Made by a program: the position numbers and the translations under genes. Below are positions 42,909 to 54,297 of a stretch of 64,000 bases of DNA, in pieces. The notes under the pieces are model-generated. The model had not been told where the DNA came from, made no database searches, and saw nothing but the letters and a program-made list of their open reading frames with translations. Position 1 is the first letter of the stretch. Every line of letters starts with the position of its first letter. Source of the DNA: an uncultured Gemmatimonadales bacterium (lineage in GTDB: Bacteria; Gemmatimonadota; Gemmatimonadetes; Gemmatimonadales; Gemmatimonadaceae); assembly GCA_963793305.1 (NCBI GenBank), contig CAWBZV010000003.1, forward strand, positions 1,184,001 through 1,248,000. Reading direction: 5' to 3'.

Positions 42909-44346
42909 GTCGGGTCGTTGATCTGACCCAGGAACAGAATCAACCCCGTACGGTCGTCGCGGATTGCGGTGATGAAGGGGCGGTCGACGATCATCTCGGG
43001 CTCTTGATGGGCGGATGTCGTTTGCACCATCACCACCCCGGTTGCGGCGGCTGCTTCCGTTCCTTGCTCGTCGACGTCGACGTAGGTCTTCTGCACGACC
43101 TTCGAGATGAAGACGTTCGTCTCGCGGAGAAACGATCGTGGCAGCATCCGGCTGAAGTCGGCGTGCTGGGGGTCGAACGCGACTCCCATACCGAGCGCCT
43201 TGAGCGGGTCGTTCAGCGTCGTCTGGTACTCGATATGGAATTTCGGTAGGCCGAGGCGCATCCGAACACTGTTGAATTTTGAGAAATCGATCGTTGCCGC
43301 GACATCCGCCAATGGGACGCCGGAGTCGGGGAGGAACACGTACATGGCGATCCGGTCGCCCTTGTAGGGGAGGCGAACGGCTGCGAACTTCGCGCCGCGC
43401 TGGTACTGCGTGTCATCGTGCCGGTACATGAGCTTTCGGCTCACCACACTGCCACCGGCCAGCGTGAACGGATGCGCTCGCGTGGCGGCTGTATCGAACT
43501 TGTCCTTCCAGAGGCCCTTGAAGTAGACAGCGTTCAACAGGATCATCACGGTCGTGTCGGGCAGCGTGTCCGCCAGGAGCGTTTGGATCTTGTCGTGCGT
43601 GGCCTTCGCGACCCAGCCGTTGATCTCCTGCTGCGCCGTGGGGCCGTGCAGCACCATCGATCGGACCTCGGCGCGATAGTCGTTCCGCGTCGACTCGAGG
43701 AACGATCGCAGGAAAGGCTTGCCCGCACTGGCCCAGATGGAGTTGGCGATCGAGAGCTGCACATCTTTTTGGTCGGCCAGTTCCTTCAAGAGCTTGGAGT
43801 TCTCGGGTCCCAGTTTCTCCGGCGCCGCGCCATCGACTCCGAGCGCATGCGCCATCGCCGTCTCGGTCGTGCCGCCCGAGCCGCCGTACGTCATCGCGAG
43901 CGCGAAGGCGGCACTGGCCGGCGAGAGAAAGACGTTGGAGTCGCTGGCGTGGCGAATGGTCTCGCGAAACAGGCCGAGACTGAAGGTTTCGTAGTTCGGT
44001 CCTTTCGGAATCGGCGCGGCTTTCTCGAATTTTTCGATTGTGATGCCGTCCTCCCTGAACGTCTCGACCCGCATCACAACGTCGACGTGAAGCTGCTGCC
44101 TGGTCGACAACTCGGTGTCCACCGACGCTCCGTGATAGCCCGATACGACGGACGGTCAGGTGGACGGCACCAGCGGGCAGTGAGTCGATGCGATATTGGC
44201 CGAGCGAGTCGGTCATCGTGTGCCTCGCCAGGGCTGACGGACACGGCCGCGTACGAGATCGGCCGGCCGGCGGTATCCCGGACGACCCCGGCGACCGAGC
44301 CCGTCACTTGCGTCTGTAGGGCCAGAATCAGCAGGATGGTAGGCAT
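42899..44346 (-). CDS. Secreted serpin with an N-terminal carboxypeptidase-regulatory-like domain (frameshifts near 44220 and 44140)
   Basis: Serpin motifs NVFLSPAS, INGWVAKATHDKI, LNAVYFKGLW, hinge EQGTEAAAAT, VDRPF. The N-terminal GSVAGVVRDTAGRPI...TDSLGQYRIDSLPAG lies in upstream frames. Confidence 0.85.
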
Positions 44347-44360
44347 ACCGAGGGAGACGC

Positions 44361-45764
44361 GTGACGACCGCCAACTTGCACACACCTGGTCCCCACATCG
44401 AGCACCTCGTCGTGCTGATGCTCGAAAACCGTTCATTCGACCACATGCTCGGGTTTCTGCGAAGCCCGGACTACCCGATCGACGGCGTCACGGGCGCCGA
44501 GTCGAACCCGGCGTCGGACGGCGGCCCGGATGTGACGATCAGTCACAACGCGTTGCCGGTCGGCGACTTGAACCCCGATCCCGGGCACGACTTCGAGGAC
44601 GTCAACGTCCAGGTGTTCGGCACCCGCGCGCCGGTCCCAGGGGCGGGCGTGACCATGAAAGGGTTCGTGCGCAGCTACGCAACTATAGATGCCACATCCC
44701 GGCACGGGTCCTCGATCATGAAGTGCTTCGCGCCGTCGAGCCTGCCAATCCTCGCGACGCTGGCGAAACAGTACGCCGTGTGCGAGCGGTGGTTCTCGTC
44801 CGTGCCCGGCCCGACGATGCCCAACCGGATGTTCGTGCACGCCGGGACATCGCTGTCCCGCGTCGTGCCTGACCCTGACTTCTCCTCGCTCCGCACGATC
44901 TTCGAGGCGTTCGACAAAGACCCCGCGTTTCGGCGCTCCGACTACCGGATCTATCACCAGGACGGATTCACGGTGCTGCTCACCGTCGGGCATCTGATCG
45001 ATGACCAGCACGGATTCCGCGACTACAACCGGTTCGCCCACGACTGCGAGCGCGGGGACCTGCCGGCGTACTCGTTCATCGAGCCCCGTTATGCAAACGA
45101 TTCCCGCGACGGGAACTTCTTTGCGGCGAGCGATCAGCATCCGGATCATGACGTCATGGAAGGGGAGCGGCTGATCCGCGACGTGTACCTGGCGATTCGC
45201 GGCAACACGAAATTGTGGCATTCGACGATGCTGGTCATCGTCTACGACGAGCACGGTGGCATCTACGACCACGTCCCGCCGCCATCGATCCCGGCCACCG
45301 GCGATCCGGCCATCGATAAGACGTTCGCGTTCGATCGACTCGGCATTCGGGTACCGGCGGTGCTGGTCTCACCATGGATCCCGCCGCGCACAATCGTCCG
45401 TACGCAACTCGAGCACTCGTCGATTGTTGGAACGGTCCGCAAACTCTTCGGCCCAACGTCTTCTCCACTCGGCCGCGACGCGACCGCGGGCACGTTCGAC
45501 TTCGACACGATTCCCCATCTCGACGCCCCGCGCACGGACCACGTCCGATTCCCGCACCGTCTGGCCGCGGCTGCCCCGATGGCCGAGACTCGCGCAACAG
45601 AGCTCGCTCGGCTGATGGTCCGCCAAACGCATCGATCGCTGCAGCGCGTCGGCCTCAAGCCGGTCATTGACGCCGAAGGCGTCATGAGCGACCAACAAGC
45701 CGCCGACTACATGCGAGCGGCAGCGCGCATGATCGCCGAGGGAGGCACGAACGCGCCGGCTTAG
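44361..45764 (+). CDS. Phosphoesterase (phospholipase C/acid phosphatase family)
   Basis: IEHLVVLMLENRSFDHMLG, PGPTMPNR, YDEHGGIYDHVPPP, LGIRVPAVLVSPW. Confidence 0.92.
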   Translation: MTTANLHTPGPHIEHLVVLMLENRSFDHMLGFLRSPDYPIDGVTGAESNPASDGGPDVTISHNALPVGDLNPDPGHDFEDVNVQVFGTRAPVPGAGVTMKGFVRSYATIDATSRHGSSIMKCFAPSSLPILATLAKQYAVCERWFSSVPGPTMPNRMFVHAGTSLSRVVPDPDFSSLRTIFEAFDKDPAFRRSDYRIYHQDGFTVLLTVGHLIDDQHGFRDYNRFAHDCERGDLPAYSFIEPRYANDSRDGNFFAASDQHPDHDVMEGERLIRDVYLAIRGNTKLWHSTMLVIVYDEHGGIYDHVPPPSIPATGDPAIDKTFAFDRLGIRVPAVLVSPWIPPRTIVRTQLEHSSIVGTVRKLFGPTSSPLGRDATAGTFDFDTIPHLDAPRTDHVRFPHRLAAAAPMAETRATELARLMVRQTHRSLQRVGLKPVIDAEGVMSDQQAADYMRAAARMIAEGGTNAPA

Positions 45765-46971
45765 CGGGATCCTGGTCGTCCTCTCGGCGGCGACACTGCA
45801 CGCACAGGATCACCCCGGCGGGATGCTGGGCTTTGAAACGCCATGGTGGCCCGAGATCCGCCGCGAATGCCCCATGGCCTTCCGCGACGAGACGCACCTC
45901 GAGACGTGCCTGGTCTACGTCCTCTCGGATGACCCAATCCACCCGGTCCTCGAAAGCATCGCCCCGATGAGCGGTATGGCCGCCGGGCTCTCCGGCGGCT
46001 GGGACCTGAGCCACGCGCGCGACCAGGCTGACATCGCGGGCCACGCGCTCGTGTCCGTCAACGGCTCATGGCTCGTCAACGCCGAGTACACGCTGGCGCC
46101 GAGACTCTGGAACTATCCGGCACGAACGCCGGACCGGACCCGGCTCGACATCTACGCCACTGTCGACGAGCTGCCGGAGATCGCGTTCTATACCGTCGGA
46201 CGCGATTCCCGTTTCTACGGCCAGCGTGAGATCGTGGGCGGCATCGACTACACCGCGCCGATCATCGAATGGCTGCGGCTCGGCGGCCGGTTCGAGTTTC
46301 GGCGGCCGAGTATTTCTGGTCTCGACGGAACCACGTCATTCCTGCACTACGATGCGATCGTGCAGTTGCACTATCCGATGTCGCCGCCGTACGACGCGGA
46401 TGCCCAGCTCAACTATCACATCTACCAGGATATCGCCGGCAACCGTCTGTCGTTCGGCCGGTTCACCGCTCTCACGACCTGGACTCGCACGCTCGCCCGC
46501 GTTGTGCGCTCCGACACGGCACACGGTCCGTCAATCGTCGACCGCGTGTTCTGCCACGAGGCGAAGATGAGAGACTGCGACTACGGGACGGTCACGGTGC
46601 GCGGTCGCCTGGCGGTTTCCAGCGCATTCGGCCGCAGCACCGTCCCCTTTTACTACCAGCCGACGCTCGGTGGCGCCGACATTGATAACTACGACACGCT
46701 CCGCGGGTTCGCCGACTACCGATTTCGCGGCCCCGATGACTGGCTCACCCAGGTGGAGTACGGGCGCCCGATCTGGGGGCCGTTTGGTTTACTCCTTTTC
46801 TACGATGCCGGTCGCGTCGGATTGAGCTTGAGCCAGGTCCACCAGGATTTTGGCGTTGGTCTGAGTGTCGCGGTGGCTTCGCGTGTCGTGCTCCGATCCT
46901 ACCTCGCCTTCGGCGGCGGGGAAGGCTTGGGCTCTGCCGTCAGGCTCACTGGAGTACCAGTCCCTCGCTGA
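45751..46971 (+). CDS. BamA/TamA-like outer-membrane barrel protein
   Basis: TLGG...LRGFADYRFRG (VRGY-like motif), FYDAGRV, DFGVGL. A signal peptide is in frame upstream of the tracked ATG and begins at ACG 45751. Confidence 0.65.
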   Translation, partial: TRRLSGILVVLSAATLHAQDHPGGMLGFETPWWPEIRRECPMAFRDETHLETCLVYVLSDDPIHPVLESIAPMSGMAAGLSGGWDLSHARDQADIAGHALVSVNGSWLVNAEYTLAPRLWNYPARTPDRTRLDIYATVDELPEIAFYTVGRDSRFYGQREIVGGIDYTAPIIEWLRLGGRFEFRRPSISGLDGTTSFLHYDAIVQLHYPMSPPYDADAQLNYHIYQDIAGNRLSFGRFTALTTWTRTLARVVRSDTAHGPSIVDRVFCHEAKMRDCDYGTVTVRGRLAVSSAFGRSTVPFYYQPTLGGADIDNYDTLRGFADYRFRGPDDWLTQVEYGRPIWGPFGLLLFYDAGRVGLSLSQVHQDFGVGLSVAVASRVVLRSYLAFGGGEGLGSAVRLTGVPVPR

Positions 46972-47800
46972 GCACGCCGCGCTTGGCGAGCGACTGCAGT
47001 TGGGTCCCGTCGTGACTGACGACCACACTGATCCCTTGCGCCTGCACGCCCTTGAGCCAGGCCAGCTGCTTGGCGATGGCTGCGCGGTCCTCGCTCATGA
47101 ACCGGCTCGTCGAATCCGGCTTCTGCCGTTGCGTGTCGACACCCAGCGCACGCCACGCGATGTCGCCGATGAGGATCATCTCGCGGCCCGACACGAGCTT
47201 CACGTAGACCATCTGCGAGCCCGGGGTATGGCCGGCCGCCTTGATGAGTACGACGCCGGGCGCGATCGGGAGCGCTCTCTCATACTCGACGACGAGGTAG
47301 CGGCTCACCTGCGACGAGTCCATCGAGGTGAACGCGACCTTGGGTTTGGTGAGGAGCGTTTCGATCTGCTCGCGGGTAAGCAGCGTGTGCGGCGCGACCT
47401 GGTCGGCGATGGGGCCCTTGACCAGCGGCTGCACGTGGTCGACATGCTCGTGGGTGATCACGATCAGGTTGGCCTTTTCGAGCGCCGTCTCGATCTTCGC
47501 GAAGTTGTCGGCCTTGAATGAGCGGCCGCGGTGCAGCGCGGCCGAGTCCATGGCCGCGTCGACCATGATCCAGCCGTGGCGGAATCGCACTTGGAAGACG
47601 CCCGTCACGGAGAACGCTTTCGATGATCCCGCGCCGTCGACGGCATTGCCGACAGTGCCGGAGTCTTCATAGGCGTTTAGATAGCTCACGGCGATTGGGA
47701 GCTCGCCAGGGATTGCGCCACCGAGCGCGCGGACGGTTGTGAGGAGCGAGTCCGGCGTCTGGGCCTGGGCCAACATCATTAGCAGAGGGAGTGCGATCAT
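46946..47800 (-). CDS. Metallo-beta-lactamase fold hydrolase
   Basis: THEHVDHV, GHTPGS, IGD, SHD; signal peptide. Confidence 0.85.
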   Translation of the reverse strand: MIALPLLMMLAQAQTPDSLLTTVRALGGAIPGELPIAVSYLNAYEDSGTVGNAVDGAGSSKAFSVTGVFQVRFRHGWIMVDAAMDSAALHRGRSFKADNFAKIETALEKANLIVITHEHVDHVQPLVKGPIADQVAPHTLLTREQIETLLTKPKVAFTSMDSSQVSRYLVVEYERALPIAPGVVLIKAAGHTPGSQMVYVKLVSGREMILIGDIAWRALGVDTQRQKPDSTSRFMSEDRAAIAKQLAWLKGVQAQGISVVVSHDGTQLQSLAKRGVLSEGLVLQ

Positions 47801-47819
47801 GGCCCAGTATACGTAGGGC

Positions 47820-47870
47820 TTGACGTTGTTGTTGGGGTTAGTATATACTTACGGTAAGTGAAGACTAACC
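47820..47870 (+). promoter_or_regulatory. Sigma70-like promoter (TTGACG-N18-TATACT) overlapped by a palindromic operator
   Basis: GGTTAGT-N4-ACTTAC-G-GTAAGT-N4-ACTAACC, centred at 47853 and covering the -10 element and the ArsR start codon. Confidence 0.75.
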
Positions 47871-48178
47871 ATCATCCAGCGCTCAAGGCCCTCGGCGACC
47901 CCACGCGCCTGGAGATCTTCGAGCGGATCGCGCGAAAGCCCATGGCCGTCGGCGAGATCGCCCGCGAGCTGCCAGTCAGTCGGCCCGCGGTCTCGCAGCA
48001 CCTCGCGGTGCTCAAGGCCGCCGGCCTCGTGATCGATCGCGCCGAGGGAGCGCGTCGCGTCTATCGCGTCGACGCCGCGGGGCTCACCGTGCTGCGGGCG
48101 TGGTTGGATCGGTTCTGGGACGGCGCACTGGGCGCATTCAAGGCGGAAGCCGAGCGATCACTCAACGAGGACAACTGA
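47858..48178 (+). CDS. ArsR/SmtB-family regulator
   Basis: ALGDPTRLEI, VSRPAVSQHLAVLKAAGLV. Confidence 0.92.
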   Translation: MKTNHHPALKALGDPTRLEIFERIARKPMAVGEIARELPVSRPAVSQHLAVLKAAGLVIDRAEGARRVYRVDAAGLTVLRAWLDRFWDGALGAFKAEAERSLNEDN

Positions 48179-48651
48179 TGACAGCGATTCAGACGCCCGC
48201 GCCGGTGCAGAAGACCGTGCGCGTAGCCGTCTCACCACAGAAGGCGTTCGAGGTCTTCACCGCCCGAATGAGCAAGTGGTGGTTGGCGGACCATTCGATC
48301 ATGAAAGTCCCACGCGAGTCCGTCATCCTCGAGCCGCGGCAGGGCGGCCGCTGGTACGAGCGTGGCGTCGACGGATCCGAGTGCACGTGGGGATATGTCA
48401 TCACCTGGGAGCCGCCGAAGCGGATCGTGCTCGCGTGGCAGATCGACGGCACGTGGCAGTACAACGAGAAATTCGTGACCGAGGTCGAAGTGCGATTCAC
48501 GCCCGACGGATCGAACGGCACGCGCGTCGATCTCGAGCATCGGAACATGGAGCGGTTCGGCGAGGGGGCCGAGTCGATGCGCGCCGGGTTGGATGGCACG
48601 ATGGGTTGGGGTCAGGAGCTCGAGAGCTTCGTTGTAGCAACGCGCAGTTGA
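48178..48651 (+). CDS. SRPBCC/AHSA1-like ligand-binding protein
   Basis: AFEVFT, WEPPKRIVLAW, TEVEVRF, TRVDLEH; TGATG coupling to ArsR. Confidence 0.88.
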   Translation: MTAIQTPAPVQKTVRVAVSPQKAFEVFTARMSKWWLADHSIMKVPRESVILEPRQGGRWYERGVDGSECTWGYVITWEPPKRIVLAWQIDGTWQYNEKFVTEVEVRFTPDGSNGTRVDLEHRNMERFGEGAESMRAGLDGTMGWGQELESFVVATRS

Positions 48652-48705
48652 CAATCTGAAAACGGAGTGTAGTGTATCGGCCGCTCCGACTCTTCGGATC
48701 CGCCG

Positions 48706-51700
48706 ATGCACTCCCGACAACTCGCTCTCTTTGTGGCCGCCGCCGGACTCCTCTCCGGCGGTCGGCCACCGTTGCGCGTTCTGCGCACCACCCCAGATGC
48801 GACGGCGTCACCCGGTGCGACGATCACGATCGTCTTCGATCGGCCAGTCGCGGGCTCGCTCGACTACACGATCGATCCGCGCACGATCGTGCACGTCGAG
48901 CCCGAGATCCCCGGGACGCTCGAATGGCGTGACCCGATCACGATTCGGCTCACACCGGCGCATCCGCTGACGCCCGGCGCGACCTACACGGTCGTCGTCG
49001 ATCCGACCTTCCACGCGATGGATGGGAGCCGGCTCGCCGAGCCCTATCGTTTCTCGTTCAAGACGCTCGGCCCCACACCGATCTGGGGTACTCCGGCGAA
49101 TCCCGACGCCGATGGCAGATTCGTCGAGCCGACATCGGCGTTCGAGCTCGCCTGGAGCTCACCGCCGGACCAGGCGCTGCTCGAGACGGCGCACCTCGTA
49201 TTCGACCCGAGTTGCGGCGGCTCGGTGCCGTTGGACGTGACCGGGTCGGCGCGCTCGTTGAACGACAAAGACCCGTGGCGATATCACCAGCCACGTCCCG
49301 ACATGCCGGACTCGCTCCGTCGAGTCGTGACGCTGACGCCGCGTTCGCGCCTTCCCCTCGGTTGTCGCGGTCAGCTCGTGGTCGGCACGGTGTCGTGGGC
49401 GTTCCGGACCTACGGAGCGTTCAAGCTCGACACCGTGGGCTGCGACTTTAACGAAGGGTGTCCGACAGGCCCCATCGAAGTTCGCTTCTCGACACCGGTT
49501 CGCGGCAGCGAAGTCCGCCGGCACGTCACGATATTCCCCGCGACGCCGTTCACGATGAGTGACACGGCGCTCGAAGCGACCCGTTGGCAGCTCGACGCCC
49601 GGCTCGTGCCCCGTTCGACGTACGCGGTCGTGGCGGACACCGCGATCCGGGACGTGTTCGGCCAACGTCTCACCGGCAACCCGGCGACTGGTCTTCGGAC
49701 ACCGGGCTTCGAGCCGGCCGTCGACTATCCGTTCGGTCGACTGCTGGTCGAACGCACCGGGTTCCGGACGCTCGCCATCCAGCACCTCAATGTCGACACA
49801 CTCGTGGCGTACTTGGCACCGGTGTCCGACTCGCTGCGCTCCGAGCTGCTGGTCGCTTCGCCGTGGAACGTCGGCGAGCTCTGGCGCCGCGTGTCGACCC
49901 ATGCGATCGAGCGCCGTATCCCCGTCAAGAATATCCGCGACAAAGGCTTCGTCACCCTGCTACGCTTGCCCGGCGGCGACACGACGCTCGTGGCGGTGAA
50001 AGTCGTTGGCATCAGCATCAAAGAACCGTCGCGGTCCTCCCGGCGCGCTCTCGTCGAATCCGCGCCCGTCGCCGTGCTGGAGATCAGCGACCTCGGTGTT
50101 CACGCGAAGATCGGCGCCGATCGCGGCGCCGTCTGGGTCACCGGTGCGGCCGATGGCCAGCCACGTGCTGGCGTGCGCGTCACGCTACACAACGCTTCTG
50201 GTTCGACAGTCGCTGCTGCAACGACCGACGCCGATGGCGTTGCTCATCTCAGCGGATACGTACCGAATGACGACGACAGCGAAGAACCGAGTGCTTTCAC
50301 CGGGTTCGTCGATGCCCGGCTCGGCGATGATCGAGCGGTTCTTGGCGTTGGCGGCTATGAGCCCGACTTGAGTCCGTGGCAGTTCAATGTGCAACCAGCC
50401 TCTGGGACGGCGAGTCTGCCCGGCGCCGTCGCCGTGTTCACTGATCGGGGCATCTATCGGCCAGGCGAGTCCATTCATGCCAAGGCGATAGTGCGGCGTG
50501 GTTTGCTCGGCAGCCTGCGTGTACCCCCAGCTGGCGACTCGCTTCGCTGGGAGCTTCACGACCGCGAGTTCGCGCTCATAAAGGACACGACGGTCCACCT
50601 CTCCGCGTTCGGCACCACGGACGTGACGTTCGCGATCCCGTCGAACGCTGGCCTGGGGACGTACAGCGTTCGTGCCCGTGTTCACGAGCTGGGCACCTGG
50701 CGCACACTCGGATTCGCCAGCGTGCGAATCGCCGAGTATCGGCCGCCGGAGTTCTTGGTCGACGTGAGCACCGATAGCGCGCCGACGTTCGCGGGCGATT
50801 CGATGCGGCTCGTCGCGCAAGCGCGCTATCTCTTCGGCGCACCGATGGCCCGTGCCGCCGTCCAATGGCAGGCCGAGCAAACCGACCTCTGGACTTGGGA
50901 CCTCCAGATCCCAGGGACTGACGGATGGGAGATCGGTGACGGCCGCTGGTGGGAGGACGACGGCCAGGCGGCCGAGTCGGGCGAACCCCAGAGCGTGTTT
51001 GCCAGCGGAACCGACACGCTCGACAACGCGGGTCGGCTCGCGTGGCGAGTGGGATTACCACGTCCATCAAAGGGACGCGGCGCCCGGGTGCGAGTGCAGG
51101 CGACCGTCACCGACGTCAACCGGCAGAACGTCGTGGCGAGCGCGTCGACGATCGTTCATCCGGCCGCGTTCTACATCGCGGCCAAAGTGCATGGATCCGT
51201 GTACTTCTGGACCGCGGGCACTCCGGTGTCGATCGATGTCATTGCGGTCCGTCCAACGGGCGATCGCGTGGCCGGTGTCGCGGTGCGCGGTGTCGCGACC
51301 CGGCGCGAGTGGCATCAAGTACGCCGGGTACGCAATGGCGTGTCCGATCTCGTCGGCGATTGGGTGATCGACACGGTCGGCAAGTGCGACGTCACGACGC
51401 GCAGTGACCCGGTCTCCTGCTCGGTAACTCCACGGAACGGCGGGGAGTATGCCGTGACGTGGACCGCCGCGGACGCGAACGGGCGGCCGGTGTTCACCTC
51501 GCTGGCGCGGTGGGTTACTGGCCCGGGGTGGGTGCCGTGGGACGATGAGTCTCAATTCAAGATGAATGTCGTCGCCGACCGGGCTTCATATAGAGTCGGC
51601 GACACCGCCACCATGCTCGTGGCATTGCCGATCACGAACGTCGAGGCGTGGGTGACGGTCGAGCGCGAAGGCATTATCGAGCAGCGGCGTATCCATATAA

Positions 51701-54297
51701 AGGATGGATCGACCACGCTGAAGATCCCGATCACGGAGGCGTTCGTGCCGAATGCCTTCGTTTCTGTCTTCGCGACCCGCGGGCGTTCGGCTCCGCCTGG
51801 CAAGCTCGACGACCCCGGTCGGCCGACGATCCGCGTCGGGTACGCGTCTGTTCGGGTACTCCCTGCGGTGAAGACATTGGCGGTCTCCCTCGATCCCGAT
51901 AAGACCGAGTATCGTCCCGGCGACTCGGCGCGTATCGCGATCGAGGTCAAGGGACCTCGGTCCGAGGTCACGCTGTGGGCTGTAGACGAGGGCGTCCTAG
52001 CGCTCACCGGGTACAAAACGCCAGATCCCGTTGGCTTGCTCTACGCCGAGCGCGGCCTCGGCGTACGGCTGTCGAGCAATCTCTCATCAGTTGCCCCACA
52101 AGTCCCCCAGGGAGAGAAGGGTCGTCGCGCGCCTGGCGGTGGCGGTGGCGCGGCCGGCGGCGACGTGTTGCGATCTCGTTTCCAAACCACAGCCTTCTTC
52201 CTCTCCTCGGTCGTCACCGATTCGACGGGGCACGCGGTTGCTGTCGCCAAGCTGCCTGATAACCTGACGACGTTCCGCGTCATGGCGGTCGCTGTCACCA
52301 GCGGCGATCGGTATGGCAGCGCCCAGACTCCACTCCTCGTCACCCGGCCGCTGCTCATCCGGCCCGCGCTGCCACGGTTCGTGCGCGCCGGCGACACGTT
52401 CACCGCCGGCGGCGTCGTCAATCAACGCACCGGCGGCTCCGCCGCCGTGCGCGTACATGCCGAGGTGCGCGGTGCCGATCTGCACGGGGCTTCCGAGCAG
52501 GTCGTGAACTTGGAAGTCGGCAGGGGTCGTGAGGCTCGCTTCCCATTCACCGTGCCGGGACAGCCGGCCGATAGCGTGACGTTCACGCTTGGCGTTCGGC
52601 CGCGCGAAGCGCGTGCCGACGCTGATCGCGTGCGATTGAGCGTCCCGGTGCGCCCGGACTACACGCCACGCGCCCACACGATCGCCGGCGCGCTCCGCGA
52701 TACGGCGACGATTGTGCTGCAACTGCCCGAGGGAACGGACCCGGCGAGATCCAAGGTGTCGGTCAGCGCTGGCGGCTCGGTGCTGGCGATGATCAGCGGC
52801 GCCGCCAAGTCGTTGTACGTGTACCCGTACGCCTGCTCGGAACAGGTCACGAGCGAGGCGCTCCCGCTATTGGCCTTGTTGCGCGCCGCACCGGCGGGTC
52901 TCATGGATACCGCGGACGTCAAACGCCAACTCCGGCTCGCCGTTGACATTCTGAGCCGCCGGCAACGCGCCGACGGCGGGATCGGCCTGTGGGACGCGAA
53001 CGACTGGACATTGCCGTACTTGAGCGCCTACGCCGGTGAGCTGTTGGTCGGCGCCCGTGTGGCGGGTCTCGTGGTCGACGATAGCGTTCTCGCGCGACTT
53101 GGTCGCTATATGCTCGGAGTCGCGAGTACTGGTAAGGCGCCGATGTCGCCGGTCACGGAGATCTATCGCGAAGCCGGCGCACCGCTCAGCGAGCGCGTTT
53201 CGGCGGTTGCGTTCTTGCGCCGCGTCGGCCGCCCCGATATCGCGGCCGAAGACGACCTCGTGCGGCAAGCCGCGCAGTTGTGGCCAATCGACCGCGCCCG
53301 ACTCGCTACCGTAGTCGCTGGGCGAAGCGATGGCGTCAGTATCGCCCGTGCGCTGCTCGAGCCCGAGTGGGCGATGGCGCGCATGGAGGGACGCCGCGCG
53401 GTATTCCCGGACTCCGCGATGCACGCCTGGTATTTCCCGCGAACCACCTGGTTGACCGCCGAAGTGCTGCTCGCCACGCTGGCCGTCGATCCGGGGCACC
53501 CGCTGATCGGTCCGCTCGTCGAGACGCTGGTCCAGCAATCGCGCGCCGGCGAATACGAGTGGCTCTGGACGACCCACGACCTGGCGGCGCTCGTCACGGC
53601 GCTCTCGGCGTACGACGCCGCCGAACGCGCGGCCGTTGCGCGCGGCATGACCATACGCTCTGGAGGGCGAGTGGTCGATTCCGTGTCATCGCTCGCGGGA
53701 CTGCTCGACCACGGGAAGCTGAAGCTGTCATTGACCGCGAACGGTGGCGCCAGCGATGTGCCGGTCTACTACTACATCACGGTGAACGAGATTCCGCTGC
53801 GGCGGAACGTGACGCCCGATGATCAGGGGATCACGGTCGAGCGCTGGTACGAGAAGTACGACAGCAAGGCTCCGGTGGTCTCGGTCGCCGAGGGCGATCT
53901 CGTGCGCGTGCAGCTGCGGGTCACGGTTCGCGAGGACCGGCAGTTCGTTGTGCTCGACGATCCGTTGCCGGCGGGGCTCGAGGCCGTCGACCTGAGTCTC
54001 GCGACGAGCGGGTTGCCCGGGCCTGGGGTGCAGGAGTGGGAGCAATCCACCGAGACGTGGGGCTACGGCTACTGGGATGGCGGGTGGTGGTCGCCGTTCG
54101 ATCATTGAGAGATGCGGGATGATCGCGTCGTCTACGTGGCGACGGAGCTGTGGGCAGGGAAGTACACCGTTTCCTACGTCGCCCGTGCAACAACGCCAGG
54201 GATTTTCATTCGGCCGCCCGCGACGGCAACCGAGATGTACAACCCGGCGGTACAAGGGCGCTCCGACGGCGGCGTGTTCACGGTGACGCAGAAATGA
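48706..54297 (+). CDS. yfhM: Bacterial alpha-2-macroglobulin (in-frame TGA at 54106-54108)
   Basis: TDRGIYRPGE, EYRPPEF, LWAVDEGVL, LPDNLTTFRVMA, thioester motif YPYACSEQ, DPLPAGLE; the C-terminus continues in frame after the TGA. Confidence 0.9.

Noticed and set aside
54106..54108. In-frame TGA in alpha-2-macroglobulin as selenocysteine or stop-codon reassignment
   Set aside because: The context DH*EMRDDR best fits a basic residue (CGA to TGA is one change), and TGA terminates many other genes here. It is a likely error or nonsense mutation.
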